Shown here one piece after another: positions 60,644 to 64,000 of a stretch of 64,000 bases of DNA. The notes under the pieces are model-generated. The model saw nothing but the letters and a program-made list of their open reading frames with translations. It was not told the origin of the DNA and did not search any database. A program made the position numbers and the translations under genes. Source of the DNA: Yuukianura sp. NJ FZ-2021 (Eukaryota). Position 1 is the stretch's first letter, and each line of letters begins with the position of its first letter. Where the stretch lies: assembly GCA_046563655.1 (NCBI GenBank), contig CM102283.1, positions 5,332,001-5,396,000 of the forward strand. The letters are read 5' to 3'.

Positions 60644-62798
60644 ATGGACATGCGATGCTTATGGTCGCTTGGAATTGTTGTGATTGAAATAGTTAGATAC
60701 GCCAGTGCAGCATCAAATCCTTTGGTGGATCAAGGCTCCTTTTGCTACGATCAAGCTATGTGTGGTAACTTATTCCTGCAATTGAAACTAAATTCCTTTT
60801 CGGAAATAAAATATAAACAAAAAATGTAATAAATAAAAATATCGTATATAGTTTTATATTTAATTGTTATGTACCTTTAGCTCAGAGCACTTGGGGCGGT
60901 GATTGTAACACCGGAAAAAGCCAGTCGCCCATTGATATTCAATTGCGTCTTTTCAAACCACATTGGGCGCCAGTTACAGCGTTCGACTTGAACAAATCAT
61001 ACTCAACAACCGCTACGCACGCATTTTATGGACAAAACAATGGACATACAGGTACGGCCGTACCTGTCCGGTACATTTTCACAGCATTAAGCCCGTATCA
61101 CATTGCCGACGCACCTCAACTTTTTGCGTTGGATTTGAATCCAACGCGAGAAAAAGGCTATCACACTGGATTTGAGGCTGCGTTGAGTTGACGCGCGTTT
61201 TTTCTCAGCCTCAAAGTTGACGCGACGTCAAAATCGGGGAGCTATCACACTGGCTCTTTCCGATTCAAAACTGACGTCGCGTCAAGAAAAGTTGACGCGA
61301 TGAGAAGTTGAACTTGGTTCAACTTTTCTTTGCGTCAAAATCAAATCGGAGCTACAAACCACGGCTGATTGTGTTTGTTTACGAATACAATCGTGTTTTA
61401 ACACTTAATTGTGCTTTAGTGAAGTGTGTCACAGTTCATATCATTATCAAACATAATTTTGATAATTAATATATAGTGTTTTAACGTTTCCCTGCCCCGG
61501 AACATGTGTTTAAGTTTAACTAAGGTAAAAAGTATCTGGCATCTGTACTTATAGATTGCATTATCGTATTCCTTAGCAATTTTGGCATTTATAATTAAAA
61601 AATTGGAGAAATTGAAAATTGTTAATTGTGGTTTGGCGCTGTAAGATTTTTAAAATGTTCTTCAGTCAACCACATTCGTCACAGATGTCAGTGCAGTTCC
61701 AGCGTTAATTTTGAAGCCGCGTTATTTCTGACGCCAGGACCTTGCAATGTGATAGCTACCATCTTTGCGTCAAAACCAACGCGCCTCAATTCTGGGCGTT
61801 GGATTTAAAGCCAACGCTCAACGCAAGCGGTGCAATGTGATACGGGCTTTACCTTTTAAGTTTCGTCGGTTAATTAATTTCAAAATGTTAATTTGGTAAA
61901 TAAATAATTAATTTAATTCACTTCTCTCATAGTTCAATTTGATCTCAGCCCCAACCTCGGCGCGCTTACCAGCGATTTGGAAATTGACGGTGGAAAGCTA
62001 CCAGCCAAATACACGTTTGCGCAACTCCACTTCCACTGGGCACAAACGGATCGTTTGGGCTCCGAACATCAAGTCAATGGACACAGGCAAGGAAACTAAC
62101 GTCAAATAATTAATAAAGAAATAATAAATTAACCATATCCAAATATTTTACTTACTTTTGGATAGCTATCCATTGGAGCTGCATGTCGTGCACTACAAGT
62201 CAAGCTACGATTCACTTGCCGATGCACTGAGCGCTACACACCAAGACAAAGAAGCTGTTGCTGTCATGGGCATATTTTTTGATGTTTGTCTTCACTAGAT
62301 TATTTTTGACTTTTGACCTCGGCCATAACCATTCCTTTACGGACGTTTCAGGTATCACATAAGACAAATAAGGCACTGCAGCCAATCGTTGACGCCCTAC
62401 CGGAACTGGAGGATAAAGGAATGCTTAAACTGTTTAACCTGTCTTTGCGCATCTCTAAATTGTACCCAGAACGACTTGAGTTTGCGCGCTACCATGGTTC
62501 TCTCACTACACCCGGTTGTGATGAAAAAGTCATTTGGACAGTCTTCCTGTGGCCCGCCAAAATTTCAAGAACCCAAATGGACGCTTTTCGTTTACTTACA
62601 AATGAAGAGCTTCTTTCATCCTTCAACTACAGAACTCCACAGCCGCTTAACGGAAGACAAGTTTTGTTCTACAAAGGATTTTTTGCTCTTCCGCCATTCT
62701 TGGCTGTATTCAATCCTGCCAAATATTTTCTGAACTTTCTACTTAACTTTTTTCAAACTACTTTTAATTACTTAAAGCCTAACCTTGTAATTTTATGA
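60644..62798 (+). CDS. Alpha-carbonic anhydrase, secreted or membrane-anchored; exons 60644-60764, 60881-61051, 61933-62086, 62166-62283, 62352-62798
   Basis: Signal peptide; QSPIDI, NNGHT, QLHFHW, GSEH, ELHVVH, YHGSLTTPGC, NYRTPQPLNGR; hydrophobic C-terminus. All three Zn-binding His are present. Confidence 0.95.
61090..61848. mobile_element. PIF/Harbinger-type MITE in intron 2 of the carbonic anhydrase gene
   Basis: TIR AGCCCGTATCACATTGC / GCAATGTGATACGGGCT; 3-bp TSD TTA. Confidence 0.88.
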
Positions 62799-63169
62799 GT
62801 GACTGCTTCTGAATATACGAGTAATTCTTTCACTGTTTATTGATAAAAATTATAGATAATAAAAGTTGCTATAAAATCTGATAAGAAAATGTATAATATT
62901 TCTAGCACTTAAATTTTCTGTTAGAACCAAACTTTTTTTTTGCATAACAAAAGACGAATACGATGCAGTATTCGCTTATTTCATAATGCATGGCAGGAAG
63001 AAATTGAGAACAAAACAATTGATAGCAGCAGCACTTAATTGAGTTAAGACTTTATATCAAGTGAAAAGTAAAAGTTAAAAATGCATTGTTCTGCCATTAC
63101 TTTGTTGATTGTACAATACAGGTAGCTTCTTCAGTAATTCCTTGTACATGGAGGTGTAGCGGATTCACC

Positions 63170-63723
63170 ATGAGTTTCGTGAAAATGGACGTAAGTAACT
63201 CCTTATTTAACTTTATCTGACTGAAAACTGTGCAAAATGTATTCAAATTACATAATACATATTGATGATTTTTTGTATTTCTTCCTATATTTGCCGTACT
63301 CTTCAGATACGAATTTTATTGTTACTGGCGCTGTTCTGGAACAGTGGAGATTGTGCAGCAGCAGGAACTGGAAAAGCCAGTCAGTCGCTTGACCTCGGTG
63401 GAAATGAAGCTAGATTTCAATCCATGGGGAAAATAGTGGCGAAATTAAGCCCCTGTGCAGGGCCTTACAACGACTGTTGCACCATCGACCCAGAGCAGGC
63501 GCAGAATCCAGACACAACTTTCATATATCCCAGCTACTTGACGCAATACTTCTATATTTGTGTAGAAAACAGAGAAACGGGTACTTTGGAACCCGAGTTC
63601 TTCCGATGCCCATTCGACGTCACCGATGAAGGGTACTACGAAGGGCTCTTCAATGCAGATGACTCGGTCGGATGCTACTTGGCTCCTGTTGAGGCTCAAC
63701 GAAAGCGAAGGCCAACAATTTAA
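63170..63723 (+). CDS. Small secreted Cys-rich protein with a possible divergent chitin-binding (CBM14-like) domain; exons 63170-63190, 63307-63723
   Basis: GTAAGT/CAG phase-0 intron; signal peptide; YFYIC..RCP..FN..C pattern; AATAAA at ~63788. Confidence 0.65.
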
Positions 63724-64000
63724 TTAACGTCTGGTATAATTAATTCCGTATTTGAATATTAGAATTTACTGCATAATTGAATTATTCAATAAAAGTTCAA
63801 TTCATGGAAGTTGATTAACGTTGTTCACAAAAATAAATTTCACTTTTTAAAGATTTTTACGTCATTCTGTATTGTCGACTGAGTCGGTAATTTATTTAGA
63901 AAAAGGATTCAATTTGCTCGTTTGTTAATAACGTAAATTCAAAGCACGAGAAACACTTCAATATAATAAACTCAAGCGTCGTAAAGAAAAGAAGATGACC

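Overview
Eukaryotic, intron-rich DNA. The gene content looks like an arthropod (inference; the species cannot be determined from the window). Host genes: 3' part of a divergent PRMT7-like gene; MED20, whose ~15.7-kb intron holds an antisense Tret1-like sugar transporter; a SmydA/SMYD-type MYND-SET gene; an alpha-carbonic anhydrase; and a small secreted Cys-rich protein. Mobile DNA: an intact, very young BEL/Pao LTR retrotransposon (6633-13547), several MITEs and solo LTRs, and a ~25-kb transposon graveyard (32-57 kb) whose fragments lie mostly on the minus strand. The most unusual feature is a 4.8-kb element (35838-40614) with ~100-bp TIRs and a 9-bp TSD. It has no transposase or integrase, but carries a Polinton-type protein-primed DNA polymerase B remnant, a SET methyltransferase fragment and spliced Cys-rich single-pass membrane genes. 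Paralogues of this cargo recur in an orphan ORF block at 43-48 kb. All calls were made by eye from sequence and motifs; no database search was run.
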